This document shows positions 24,808 through 37,459 of a stretch of DNA of 64,000 nt, piece after piece. Each line of letters opens with the position of its first letter. The first letter of the stretch is position 1. The stretch is taken from assembly GCA_951406725.2 (NCBI GenBank), contig OX597827.1, forward strand, positions 11,532,001 to 11,596,000. The letters run 5' to 3'. The translations under genes and the position numbers were made by a program. The notes below the pieces were generated by a model. That model saw nothing but the letters and a program-made list of their open reading frames with translations. It did not search any database and had not been told where the DNA came from. This DNA comes from Octopus vulgaris. Taxonomy: Eukaryota.

Positions 24808-25490
24808 AAGTGGTGGTGGTGGTGATGGTGGTGATGGTGGTGGTGGTGGTAGTGTGGTGGTGGTGGGTGGTGGTGGTAGTGATGTGTGGTGGTGGTGGTG
24901 GTGTGTGGTGGTGGTGGTGGTGGTGGTGGTGATGTTGGTGGTGGTGATGGTGGTAGTGGTGGTGGTGATGGTGGTGGTGGTGGTGGTGGTGAAGGTGGTG
25001 TGTGGTGGGTGGCAGTGGTGGTGGTGGTGGTGGTGGTGATGGTGGCAGTGGTGGCGGTGGTGGTGGTAGTAGTGGTGGTGGTGATGGTGGTGGTAGTGGT
25101 GATGGTGGTGATGGTGGTGGTAGTGGTAGTGGTGATGGTGGTGGTGATGGTGATGGTGGTGGTGGTGGTGGTAGTGGTGGTGGTGGTGGTGGTGGTGGTG
25201 GTGGTGATGGTGGTGATGGTGATGGTGGTGGTGGTGGTGGTGGTGGTGATGGTGATGAAGGTGATGGTGATGGTGGTGGTGGTGATGGTGGTGGTGGTGG
25301 TAGTGATGATGGTGATGGTGGTGGTGGTGGTGGTGGTGGTGGTGGTGGTGGTGGTGGTGGTGGTGGTGGTGGTGGTGGTGGTGATGGTGGTGGTGGTGGT
25401 GGTGGTGGTGGTGGTGGTGGTGGTGGTGATGGTGGTGATGGTGGTGGTGGTGGTCATGATGATGATGATGATGAAGTTGATGATGATTTC
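24808..25490. repeat. (GGT/GAT)n trinucleotide array
   Basis: About 680 bp imperfect GGT repeat. Confidence 0.95.
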
Positions 25491-26052
25491 TAGTGTATTT
25501 TTACATTACATAATGGGAGCAAGATTGAGATACATTTCACACTACAAAAAGTCAAAATAACTGTTATTTTAAAAATTATTTCAAACCCCACCTCTATCTT
25601 CCTTTTCTTTTTCTCATTTACATATTATAGACAATCTAATTCCAAGAACATGTAGCTATATTTGACCATTGACAATTATTTAGAAACTACAAAATGTGAT
25701 ATGTAAACACTTGGGATTAATTTAGCCACGAACCACTTTAGTAACTGTAAAAGTGTACAAAATTTCAAAAAGTATAAAATACCACAATAAACTAAAAACA
25801 TAAAATATAAAATTCAGATAGGATACTTAGATTAACTTTATTCTTCAAGTATCCTACCAACAACTAAACTATTGTCACATTTTCTCTCATAGAAGTCAAA
25901 TTTACCAGACCAAAATTTTGTCATAAATGGTAGACTGGTTTATACATCATGATGATTTTGAAGAACCACAAATTCCTTGTGAAACACTGCAAGATTTAGA
26001 AAAGTGGTGACAATATTTGAATGCTTGTACCACATGTTTACACTACATACTA

Positions 26053-26469
26053 TACTCTTTTTCTTTTACTCTTTTACTTGTTTCAGTCATTTGACTGCGG
26101 CCATGCTGGAGCACCGCCTTTAGTCGAGCAAATCAACCCCGGGACTTATTCTTTGTAAGCCCAGTATTTATTCTATCGGTCTCTTTTGCCGAACCGCTAA
26201 GTTACGGGGACGTAAACACACCAGCATCGGTTGTCAAGCAATGCTAGGGGGACAAACACAGACACACAAACACACACATACATATATGTATATATATACA
26301 TATATATGACAGGCTTCTTTCAGTTTCTGTCTACCAAATCCACTCACAAGGTATTGGCCGGCCCGGGGCTATAGCAGAAGACACTTGCCCAAGATGCCAC
26401 ACAGTGGGACTGAACCCGGAACCATGTGGTTGGTAAGCAAGCTACTTACCACACAGCCACTCCTGCACC
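26053..26469 (-). mobile_element. SINE family A
   Basis: Full reverse copy. Confidence 0.9.
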
Positions 26470-26949
26470 TTATATATCAACTAGTATGATGGAAAATATG
26501 ATAATTGTCTGCAGGTTCAAGTGAGATCCACAAAAGAATATTGCTTAAGCATCTGATCGACATATTGACATAGAATTATTCACAAAACACACACTAGTTT
26601 CTGGTCTTTAGACATGATCTATCTCTGCTTTATTTGTATTTTTTGCTAGAGTGGCCGCTGCTTCTTGGATTTGGTTGGTCTCATGCCACCACCATGATAG
26701 CTCACCTGATGCTAGATTCACTCTGCTATCTTCCTCTCATCAACATCATTCATATTCTTTACCAGGACAGACAAAATCCATTTCATCCGTTCCTTACTCT
26801 TCAAAACTTCTAGGATTCCTCACACTCTATGTTTTCCCCTGCAGTCATTCTCATAGATCTTACTGGTCTGAGTGGCATGTGGAAGCTGTAAGTGTTGGCC
26901 CTTCCTTCACACCATATAGATTGATACATACATACATACATACATACAT

Positions 26950-27290
26950 GCATTATGGTTGCCCCCTCGTTATCGAGTATGGCCATTGCATGAAGCTTAA
27001 CTGTTACAGGTGCTGTGATCGAATGTGACTTTTTAGCCCAGCTAAAGATCTACAATGTCTTGTACAAAATTGGCAACTAAAACCTTTACTGGTAATAGCC
27101 GGCTGTAGTTGCAACTGGGCTTCATGTACCTTTGCATGTCGTTTAAGTCCTCCTGCGGAATTACACTCTCTTCCACATGCCTGACAGATATGATTAGTAT
27201 GGTGTGTTACACCACCACCACTGGCCAGGTTGTCACTCATCCGTCTCATTTTATGACTACGAAGATGACTCATGAGTCCAGCTTTACAAA
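26950..27290 (-). mobile_element. 5'-truncated LINE (probably RTE-type) 3' end encoding C2H2 zinc fingers
   Basis: Open frame KAGLMSHLRSH...CQACGRECNSAGGLKRHAKVH...CQFCTRHCRSLAGLKSHIRSQH*, short 3' UTR, (TATG)n on both sides. Confidence 0.6.
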
Positions 27291-27825
27291 CATACATACA
27301 TACATACATACATACATACATACATACATACATACATACATACATACATACATACATACATACATACATACATACATACATACATACATACATTCATTCA
27401 TTCACTCATTCATACATGCAAACATTTATTCATATATACACACATATTCACACATGTGGAAGATAGGCTTTAATTCACAATCCAAAGTTAAATTATTAAA
27501 CTTATGAATAATTTTTTATGAAAGCTACTTTGAATGGTAAGCAAATGATATATTTATTAAGATGTAGTTACTGTAAAAACCCATGTAATTTACACACTTA
27601 TTTCTGCAAAAACAAAAATAAGCTTTACGGGGTGCGTGAATTACATGAGTAGAATTGTTTCCAGAATGTTTTAGAAATTTTTTTGTTGAAAAATGATGTA
27701 CAGGAAGTTGACTCATTTAATGTCAGAATAGGTTTTTGCAGAAAAAATATAATAAAGTTGACTTTTATATATGGTGGATGGTATAATGCTTACTTTTCTG
27801 TATAAATTTACTAAAACCATTAAAT

Positions 27826-27998
27826 ACTCTTTTACTCTTTTACTCTTTTACTTGTTTCAGTCATTTGACTGCGACCATGCTGGAGTACCGCCTTTAGTCG
27901 AGCAAATCAACCCCGGGACTTATTCTTTGCAAGCCCAGTACTTATTCTATCGGTCTCTTTTGCCGAACCACTAAGTGACTGAAACAAGTAAAAGAGTA
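27826..27998. mobile_element. Fold-back SINE family A remnant
   Basis: Reverse tail fused at tgac to a forward tail end. Confidence 0.8.
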
Positions 27999-29635
27999 AG
28001 TTTTAACATCATCTCTTTTCAAATAGTCGCCTTGTGCAGAAATATTCTGATCTTAGTATTCCTGCTACTTCTGGAATCTGGCCTGGAAGTCATTTCCTGT
28101 AAGTGGGTAACAGAGCCTTTTCTGCAATTCACCCTGGATCTCGACAAGGGTCAACAGAATGGACATTCGGCCATAGAAACTGTGCCTCAATAAACTCTTT
28201 ATGACCAGTCCAAGCATGGAAAAGAGGGATGTTTAATGATGATTATAAGGAACATATATGCATATCCATTGCCACCTTACATTTCTATATTTGAATTCTG
28301 CCCATATTCCTCGGAATTAAATTCTAGCTAGCTTTATAAAAGTGTAATTGGTTAAAAGTATTGAATTGATCGTGGATATGACAGAGGAATATTTGTAAGT
28401 CAGAAAGGGAAATTATTGATGGGTTGTATGTTTGGATTACACCAGCTGTTATTGAAAGTTTTCCTTATTTGTTTAATGATTTCATTTTCATTTCGTAAGA
28501 CATAAGCGAATTCCAGTAAATACAAACAGTCTTCTGAGATAATGAGATGGGGGTGGGGAAGAGGGTCAACTTTGTAGGGTAAAGGTCAAATATGTTCATA
28601 TTTGTAAGTATATTGAAACAATGTTCCTTGACCCTGTTGAGATAATTCAGAGAAGGATAAATTGCTTGGTGTTTTACAGAGATTTATTTTTGTTTTACTC
28701 ATACTTTCCTTCTAATTCTTATTCGTTGAAAAATTTGTTTGCACTATAGTTGTAGTATCAGATTGGAAAATTTAAAGCTGATGCTAATAAGGAAAATAAA
28801 ATAAAATAAATTAAAAATAATAATAAAAATTCCTACAACAAATTCAAACAAAATGAGAAGCCAAATATTATGGTATAATTAAGTTATTCCTAAAGTCTTA
28901 TTTGCACAACAGAGAACATAGAAAGTTAAGAAGAGAGACAGGTTAAATATTTTCTTTAAACAAATCTAATTTTATATAAAATTACAGTCTAAGAAGGCAT
29001 AGATATTCAGCTTTGAAAATTTCATTTCTAAACTTCTTGGTGTCAATTCATACAATTATATAACTAACAATTTCAGATCTCTGATTAACATGTTCTTTAT
29101 TATCTAATTATTATTTCCATATAAAATATGTTAACTCATTTGATCCTGCTTGTTAGTTATTCTTCATTATAACCATTATCTGAAAAATTAGTACCTGGAA
29201 AGCTTACATTACTTTGATTGAAATTTGTTTGAAAGTTTTATATTTTTTCAGTTTCTTAATTTGTAACATCATAAATGAATAATAAAGTACTGTTTTCAGA
29301 AATGAAAATAGTTTGTAAAAATAAGTTTCTACAGTGGAAATATCTTTTAAGCAATAACTATCCTATGGAAGTTAATTACAAAAAAAAGTAGTAATGCAAA
29401 GATGCTTTGCTTTTTAAGCAATGGCGGATGAGGAATTTCATTGTGTCATAACATGGAGAAAGCGAGCAAATAGCTTCCTGGTGCAAACACAAGCTAGATT
29501 CCCTAAGCAGAGAAAAATAGATCTATTTAAGAAAATTGCTGGGCTCCATTGCAATAGGTAGAAACTCCAAGCAATGTTAAATATGGCCCAGACTGTGATT
29601 ACCAACATGAACGTCAAACTTCAGAAAGTAATTAA

Positions 29636-29848
29636 CCAGGAGTGGCTGTGTGGTAAGTAGCTTGCCTACCAACCACATGGTTCCGGGTTCAGTCCCACTG
29701 CGTGGCATCTTGGGCAAGTGTCTTCTGCTATAGCCTCGGGCCGACCAATGCCTTGTGAATGGATTTGGTAGACAGAAACTGAAAGAAGCCTGTCGTATAT
29801 ATGTATGTGTGTGTATATGTTTGTGTGTCTGGGTTTGTACCTCTAGCC
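29636..29848 (+). mobile_element. SINE family A, 5' half
   Basis: Head through the TA/TG tract only. Confidence 0.85.
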
Positions 29849-29909
29849 ACTCCTTAGGTAAATAAGTTATTTTTTATGAAACAACTAATACAGGAACTTT
29901 TTGATACCT

Positions 29910-30138
29910 ATTTCTTTACTACTCACAAGGGGTTAAACACAGAGATGACAAACAAGGACAGACAAACGGATTAAGTCGATTATATCGACCCCAGTGCGTA
30001 ACTGGTGCTTAATTTATCGACCCTGAAAGGGTGAAAGGCAAAGTCGACCTCGGCAAAATTTGAACTCAGAACGTAACGGCAGACGAAATACGGCTACGCA
30101 TTTCGCCCGGCATGCTAACATTTCTACCAACTCGCTGT
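29910..30138 (-). mobile_element. SINE family B
   Basis: Full reverse copy. Confidence 0.85.
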
Positions 30139-30454
30139 CTTTTGATACCAGTCATATAAAAAGCGATGATGGAAGAGACCTATCACCCACATCACTCTCA
30201 TCACTCTTGTCTGTCTTGGAAATCTTGCACAAGAGATGAGCACAACAACTTTCTCTAGATAAAACTAATAAGGGAGTTGCACTAATGAATGAGAAATAAA
30301 CCCATCCCACCCTGCTTGTGGTTGTAATACCATCTATCATAGATATCATTTGTAGTGTGTCGGCATTCTCTTCTCAACAGCAATATTAACTGAAATGCAT
30401 TCATCCGGAAATATTGGTTTCCCTTTACATCATGGCACAGGATCTTACCTAAAT

Positions 30455-30850
30455 TCTCTTTTACTCTTTTACTTGTTTCAGTCATTTGACTGCGACCATG
30501 CTGGAGCACCGCCTTTAGTCGAGCAAATCGACCCCAGGACTTATTCTTTGTAAGTCCAGTACTTATTCTATCAGTCACTTTTGCCGAACAGCTAAGTGAC
30601 AGGGACGTAAACACACCAGCATCGGTTGTCAAACAATGCTAGGGAGACAAACACAGACTCACAAACACACACACACATACATATACATATATACGACAGG
30701 CTTCTTTCAGTTTCTGTCTACCAAATCCACTCACAAGGCATTGGTCGGCCCGGGGCTATAGCAGAAGACACTTGCCCAAGATGCCACGCAACGGGACTGA
30801 ACCTGGAACCATGTGGTTGGTTAGCAAGCTACTTACCACACAGCCACCTG
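30455..30850 (-). mobile_element. SINE family A
   Basis: Full reverse copy. Confidence 0.9.
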
Positions 30851-31002
30851 TAAATTTATTTATTTATATATTTATTGTATAATGTGGTGTTGATGGAGAT
30901 AAGGGAATGGGAATTGATGAGCATGTGTGCTCTTTGTAGCATATACATGCTGACAGCCACAGCATTAGGAACAAACGTAGTAACAGCAAGAGCAGCAACA
31001 GC

Positions 31003-31298
31003 AGTGGAGGCGCAATGGCCCAATGGTTAGGGTAGCGGACTCGTGGTCGGAGGATTGCGGTTTCGATTCCCAGACCGGGTTTTGTGTGTGTTTATTGAGC
31101 GAAAACACCTAAAGCACCACGAGGCTCCGACAGGGGGTAGTGGCGACCCCTGTTGTACTCTTTCGCTCCAACTTTCTCTCACTCTTTCTTCCTGTTTCTT
31201 GTCCCCGACTTCCTACGCGACTGCTGAGCCTGGATGTGCATTCATCCATCCGTCGATGCTCTCGGTGTCGGGGGTTGACGTGCTTTCTCTTCTGCAGA
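31003..31298 (+). mobile_element. SINE family D with a third tail type
   Basis: gtggaggcgcaatggcccaatggttaggg...gtttcgattccc head, distinct 3' segment. Confidence 0.75.
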
Positions 31299-31449
31299 CA
31301 TACACACACACACACACACAAACCTACACATACACACATACACACACATGCTTAAATGAGAAAAGCACATGTAAACGTTTCTGTTTGGATGGTTCATAAA
31401 CATATGAAAATACCTTCTCTGACTTCTTTCCTGTCATCGTTACTATTGA

Positions 31450-32050
31450 CCCTTTAGCATTCAAATTACTCTGTCAAATGTTATTCTTATTTATTTATGC
31501 TGTTTTGAATTAATCATGCTGTAGCACTATGACCCGGCAACGCCTGGTCATAGTGCTAGTGCATGCATATACAGCTGCGTGTGTGTGCACATACACGCGA
31601 GTACTGTCCAAATCTCCAACCAATCACATACAGCTAGCTGGCATTCAATTGGCGTATCAAGTTTCAGGCATTTTGATTGGGTTTTGGATAGAAAATTCAC
31701 AAAAAATTCACTTCTATTGATTTTTTAATGGCTTTGCAGGGTGACTGGGGAAATGTAAAGATGTGCACGACCACCCTTGGACGGTTTTGAATGACCATAG
31801 AAAGTGCAAGCCCTCTTACTGAAAAATTCTGGATTTGTATAAAGAACATGCACGCACACACACACACACACAGACATTTTGCCATTTATATATAGAGAGA
31901 TTATCTTACAGCTTCAAGATTTCAAATAATGTGATCTTTATTTTTAGAATGGACATTGTAAGGCAGGTACGAGAGGCCAGATCTGGCTCATTTGAACTTA
32001 GAACAGGCAGAATATTCAGGCCGGATATGTTTGGTTTAAATGCTAAAGGG
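31450..32050. mobile_element. piggyBac-like MITE family 1, interrupted by a Helitron
   Basis: ttga|ccctttagcatt ... aatgctaaaggg|ttaa; the two halves align to 1-173. Confidence 0.75.
31521..31900 (-). mobile_element. Non-autonomous Helitron
   Basis: Minus strand A|TCTCTCTATATATAAATG start; 3' hairpin tagcactatgacc/ggtcatagtgcta; terminus CTAC rather than CTAG. Confidence 0.7.
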
Positions 32051-32066
32051 TTAATAATATTATTCT

Positions 32067-32082
32067 TAGTAGTAGCAGTAGC

Positions 32083-32144
<62 letters not shown>

Positions 32145-32249
32145 TGGTGGTGGTGGTGGTGGTGGTGGGGTGGTAGTAGTGGTGGTGGAGATGGTGGTGG
32201 TAGTGGTGGTAGTGGCGGTAGTAGAAGTAGCAGCAGCAGTTGCAGCAGC

Positions 32250-32308
<59 letters not shown>

Positions 32309-32331
32309 CGGCAGCAGCAGCAGCAGCAGTT

Positions 32332-32368
<37 letters not shown>

Positions 32369-32412
32369 TAGTAGCGGCAGCAGCAACAGCGGCAGCGGCA
32401 GCAGCAGCAGCA
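32067..32412. repeat. Compound (TAG)n/(TGG)n/(CAG)n array
   Basis: Trinucleotide blocks. Confidence 0.95.
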
Positions 32413-32975
32413 TCAAGGAAAGTTTACTTTAGTCAACAATAACCAATGTTCATGAAAATAATGAATTTAATGACGACAACGACGAAGATGAAGATGATGA
32501 CGACGACAACGACTAAGATGATAACAACGGTGATGCTGACATTAATGAAGGTCAAATAATAGCAAAAAGAATTCCACTAAACGATAACAATTGGCATGTT
32601 ATTGAAGCTGTTCAAAATAATCTTAAGTGCTGCCACCTTCTTTGCAATATTGTGTTTACAGAGTTTCATATTATTTTTCTCGTCCAGTTTTTTTTTTTTT
32701 TTTTTTTTTGGTTTACCGGTCATATTATCAAGATCTATTTATATCTTCGAGATGAGATGACTCTAAAGGGGGGGGAGGGGAGCTAGGGGGGGGGGAAATG
32801 TTTTGACAAATTTTCTTCGAGAACAACATGAAAACAACTCATAATATAGCATAGATTACCACACACACACAAGCATACATGCATATATACATATTTCTGT
32901 TTCTACATTTATCAAGGTATATGTATGTATATATGTGTATGTGTGTATGTGTATGTATGTATATATATATGTATA

Positions 32976-33077
32976 TCACGTGATCACGTGACCGACCAGT
33001 CCATCAGATGTAGTTACACATCGCTGGTCACAATGCGTTCGCATTGTTTTAGCCTTCGAATGACGCCACCCCACTGG

Positions 33078-33078
<1 letters not shown>
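32976..33078 (-). mobile_element. Isolated SINE/LINE tail type 2
   Basis: atcacgtgatcacgtgaccgacc...cacaatgcgttcgcattgttttagccttcgaatgacgccacccc, same as 34590-34690. Confidence 0.7.
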
Positions 33079-33440
<362 letters not shown>

Positions 33441-33914
33441 CTCATGTGCACCCATGGAAGCCATTAAATATGGCTGAATTAACCAAACAAATTTCTGGAT
33501 CAATATCAACCTGTTTTGTTGCATTTGGTATCCAGACAAATCTGTACATGCTGGGAGAAGCAGATCCTCAAAAATATTATTATAATTATTGTTGTTGCTG
33601 TTGTTGTAGTTGCTATCATCGTGTCTCTTGATAACAACATTTTATTTCAAAGCATTACCAAATAAGATTTTGTTTATAGTACTTGCAAAAAAAAAAAAAA
33701 TTACTATAATTAATTACCTAAGAAGCAGGCTGCCCTTGATATTTAGGGATAGAGAACAGAAATAAGAAAAAAAAAGGGGATTTTTGCTTCACAGATTTTT
33801 GAAACTTTATTTACACACATCAGATTTTCCCATCCAAAATTGCTACCATGCATATGGTTGCATTGTAGCTAAAGAAACATCACAAAAATATGAAGAACTC
33901 AAACAATAATATAT

Positions 33915-34070
33915 ATTTCTTTACTACCCACAAGGGGCTAAACATAGAGGGGACAAACAAGGACAGACAAATGGATTAAGTCGATTACATCGACCCCAGT
34001 GCGAAACTGGTACTTTATTTATCGACCCCGAAAGGATGAAAGGCAAAGTCGACCTCGGCGGAATTTGAAC
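33915..34070 (-). mobile_element. SINE family B, partial
   Basis: 3' two-thirds of the consensus. Confidence 0.8.
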
Positions 34071-34501
34071 AGTTGTTTGACCTTAACCAGTAGAGCATGT
34101 CCCTTAGTGGGACATGCCCATATGTGCATCTCTGATCACGAGCAGTTATCCTTCCCTTTGAAATTGCTGGTCTTGTTCCAAAACTTGAAACAAATATAAA
34201 AATTAAATCAGTATTCTGAACTTTAAAAAAAAAACAATGAATATCTCAAGATGTTGATGTTTTCAGTACTAAATATCACAAAAAAAAAGAAAAAAAGAAA
34301 AAAGAAAGAACTAGTGAATGCTCATGCATTTTGTTTAACTTGAGCAAGACTAGAGAAATGGTGAAGTAAACAAGATCATGGCATACTCATCTCAGCTAGT
34401 CAGCAACGGCTCAGGTTTTACTTCTTTAAATTATACCTTGTTTTAATTTGTGTGTGTTTGACTGTGCTTTCTTTATTTCCATGCAGATGCACATGTGTGT
34501 C

Positions 34502-34547
<46 letters not shown>

Positions 34548-34587
34548 CACACACGCAAGTATATATATATATTCTTTTTTCTTTTTT

Positions 34588-34876
34588 CCGACCAGGCTAT
34601 CAGATGTAGTTACACATCGCTGGTCACAATGCGTTCGCATTGTTTTAGCCTTCGAATGACGCCACCCCGCTGGCTAAGCGAGCAGGCCAACAGAGGAAAG
34701 AGTGTGAGAAAGAGTGGTGAAAGAGTACAGCAGGGATCACCACCCCCTGCCGGAGCCTCGTGGAGCTTTTTTAGGTGTTTTCGCTCAATAAACTCACACA
34801 ACACCCGGTCTGGGTATCGAAACTGCGATCCTGCGACCGCGAGTCCGCTGCCCTAACCACTAGGCCATTGCGCCTC

Positions 34877-34880
<4 letters not shown>
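34588..34880 (-). mobile_element. SINE family D (tail type 2)
   Basis: Head matches 31003; tail matches 32976-33078. Confidence 0.8.
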
Positions 34881-34927
<47 letters not shown>

Positions 34928-35227
34928 ATATATATGTATACACATACATACACACACCATATATGTATGTACATATATATATATGTACATATATATATAT
35001 ATACATGTGTACATGCTTGTGCACCTTTAAAACTCTTAGCACATCCTTTCATACATTGTATAATATCTCTAAAAATTTCTTTTGTAATATGTAAACATGT
35101 TTTTTCACAGTCTGCATTATTCCTTTTTTTTCTTTTCTTTCATGAAGCCTAGCGAAAGTCTCATATTTTCTTTTTTTTTTTGTTTTTTTGTCTTGTATTT
35201 CTTCAAGCTTTTGTCACTAATAAAGAT

Positions 35228-35288
35228 CATTATCATCATCATCATCATCATCATCACCATCATCATCGTCATCACCATCATCATCGTC

Positions 35289-35320
<32 letters not shown>

Positions 35321-35518
35321 CTATCACCATCATCATCGTCATCATCGTCATCACCATCATCATCATCATCATCATCATCGTCGTCGTCGTCATCATCATC
35401 ATCATCATCATCATCATCGTCACCATCATCATCATCATCATCATCATCATCACTATCATCATCATCGTCATCATCGTCATCACCATCATCATCATCATCA
35501 TCATCATCATCGTCGTCG

Positions 35519-35560
<42 letters not shown>

Positions 35561-35605
35561 ACATCATCATCACCATCATCATCATCATCACCACCATCAT
35601 CATCG

Positions 35606-35641
<36 letters not shown>

Positions 35642-35692
35642 CCACCATCATCATCATCACCATCATTATCGTCATCGTCATCAGCATTATCA
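35228..35692. repeat. (CAT)n array with internal higher-order duplication
   Basis: About 460 bp; variant pattern repeats from ~35320 and ~35452. Confidence 0.95.
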
Positions 35693-35934
35693 TTCAGTCG
35701 TCATATTGATTTGCTAGAAGATAACTCTCACCGTCAGTGAATGAACTTCTGACTACTACAAATGGAAGACAAGGATCAACAGTAGCTAAATGTTAATGAA
35801 GTCAAGATCAGACTAATGATCATGATCCTCATCATGATGACGATGATGATGATGACGACGACGACGACGACGACAATGATGATAATGGGGATGATTGTGG
35901 TGGTGGTGGTAATTATAAGCATGCTTTCATTATA

Positions 35935-36146
35935 CTATAGTGTGTAGCTCTTGGGTTTGCACAGGCTTTTGTTTGAAAGTCGTATTGTTTCTATTGTATC
36001 GAAAGTTCTTTACACAATATCCGTGCAGTGCCTCGTAGGGCCAAATTTGGTATGTCGTGCGCATATTTGCAAATCCTGAAGTTTTGGCTTATGCATGTGC
36101 CTACCTAGTTCTTGAATTATTCCCATGTCACCTATTGTAATAAAGA
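35935..36146 (-). mobile_element. Short degenerate Helitron-like element
   Basis: Minus strand A|TCTTTATTACAATAGG start; end gcctgtgcaaacccaagagctacacactatag resembles a decayed hairpin plus CTAG. Confidence 0.45.
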
Positions 36147-36764
36147 TTATTTCTGTTTCAGCCCCTTACAAGTGTGATGCTAAGATTGCCAAATCACACT
36201 TTACTTTTAATTTTTTTTGTTTTTTTTTTGTTTTTAACTTAAAAGTAGTTTGATGTGTTACAATGTAAACCAGCAAATCAGGTTCGATTGCCTATTAATA
36301 TTTGATGTATTCTTTATAATATCACTGTGTAAGAACATTATTATGAGTTTTAAATATTCAAATACATCAGTGAGTTGGGATTTAGGTTTGGTGTTAATTA
36401 TATTGACTTGTAAGCAAAATAAAAAAAACACAAAATGTGGTTGTCTATATTGTTGGTTGACATTATCCATGATTCACTGTGCAATTGCTGTAGAACAGAC
36501 ATCAATCATGTTGGACATTTATGGTGTGCAGTAAGCAATTCTTACACTTTGCTGCATTCAAAAACAGATATACCATTAGACAAAATTTTGTCTTCATACT
36601 TTAGAAACAGTCTTAGAATTTATTCTTAATGAAACCAAGTAATAATGATAATAATAATAATAATAAAGAAAGAAACGCTCGTATTTTATTTGGTCTTTAA
36701 CAGGAAATAACTATCGAAGCTAAAAGAAATTGTATTTGAGAAACAAAATGTATCTTTGCATGCA

Positions 36765-36801
36765 TATAATAACAACAACAACAACAACAACAACAATAAT
36801 C

Positions 36802-36832
<31 letters not shown>

Positions 36833-36945
36833 TAATAATAATAATGATAATGATAATAATGATAATAATAATAATGATAATAATAATGATGATAATAATA
36901 ATAATGATAATAATAATAATGATGATAATAATAATAATAATAATG

Positions 36946-36976
<31 letters not shown>

Positions 36977-36993
36977 TCATAATAATAATAATG

Positions 36994-37039
<46 letters not shown>

Positions 37040-37154
37040 TAATAATAATAATGTCGTATATTTTACCCCAGTGTCACTTTGATGGCATGCACTGCTCTCT
37101 CACTCAATAATAATAATAATGATAATAATAATAATGATAATAATAATAATAATG

Positions 37155-37206
<52 letters not shown>

Positions 37207-37241
37207 TAATAATAATGATAATAATAATAATGATAATAATG

Positions 37242-37272
<31 letters not shown>

Positions 37273-37360
37273 TAATAAGAATAATGATAATAATAATAAT
37301 GATAATAATAATAATGATAATAATAATGATAATGATAATAATAATAATAATGATAATGAC

Positions 37361-37413
<53 letters not shown>
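36765..37413. repeat. (AAT/GAT)n arrays starting ~45 bp after the protocadherin donor
   Basis: Two blocks (~36765-37052 and 37106-37413) separated by ~55 bp of unique sequence. Confidence 0.95.
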
Positions 37414-37414
<1 letters not shown>

Positions 37415-37450
37415 CATAGTTTTCACATAGAAATAATGGTTTGTTCTTGG

Positions 37451-37459
37451 ACTTACCTG
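37451..37459 (-). promoter_or_regulatory. 5' splice donor ending the protocadherin exon
   Basis: Perfect consensus CAG|GTAAGT; protein-like sequence stops here and an (ATT)n array follows. Confidence 0.85.

Noticed and set aside
24603-25560. Poly-Thr/Val/Gly ORFs
   Set aside because: Translations of a (GGT)n array.
30150-30450. Possible RT-like remnant (LSPTSLSSLLSVLEIL)
   Set aside because: Similarity too weak to call without a search.
35733-35753. Possible 21-nt minus-strand micro-exon (SEVHSLT) downstream of the protocadherin donor
   Set aside because: Signals (tttgtagtag|...|gtgaga) are plausible but too short to distinguish from chance.
37100-37456. C-terminal poly-Ile extension of the 921-aa ORF
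   Set aside because: Read-through past a perfect splice donor into an (ATT)n microsatellite.
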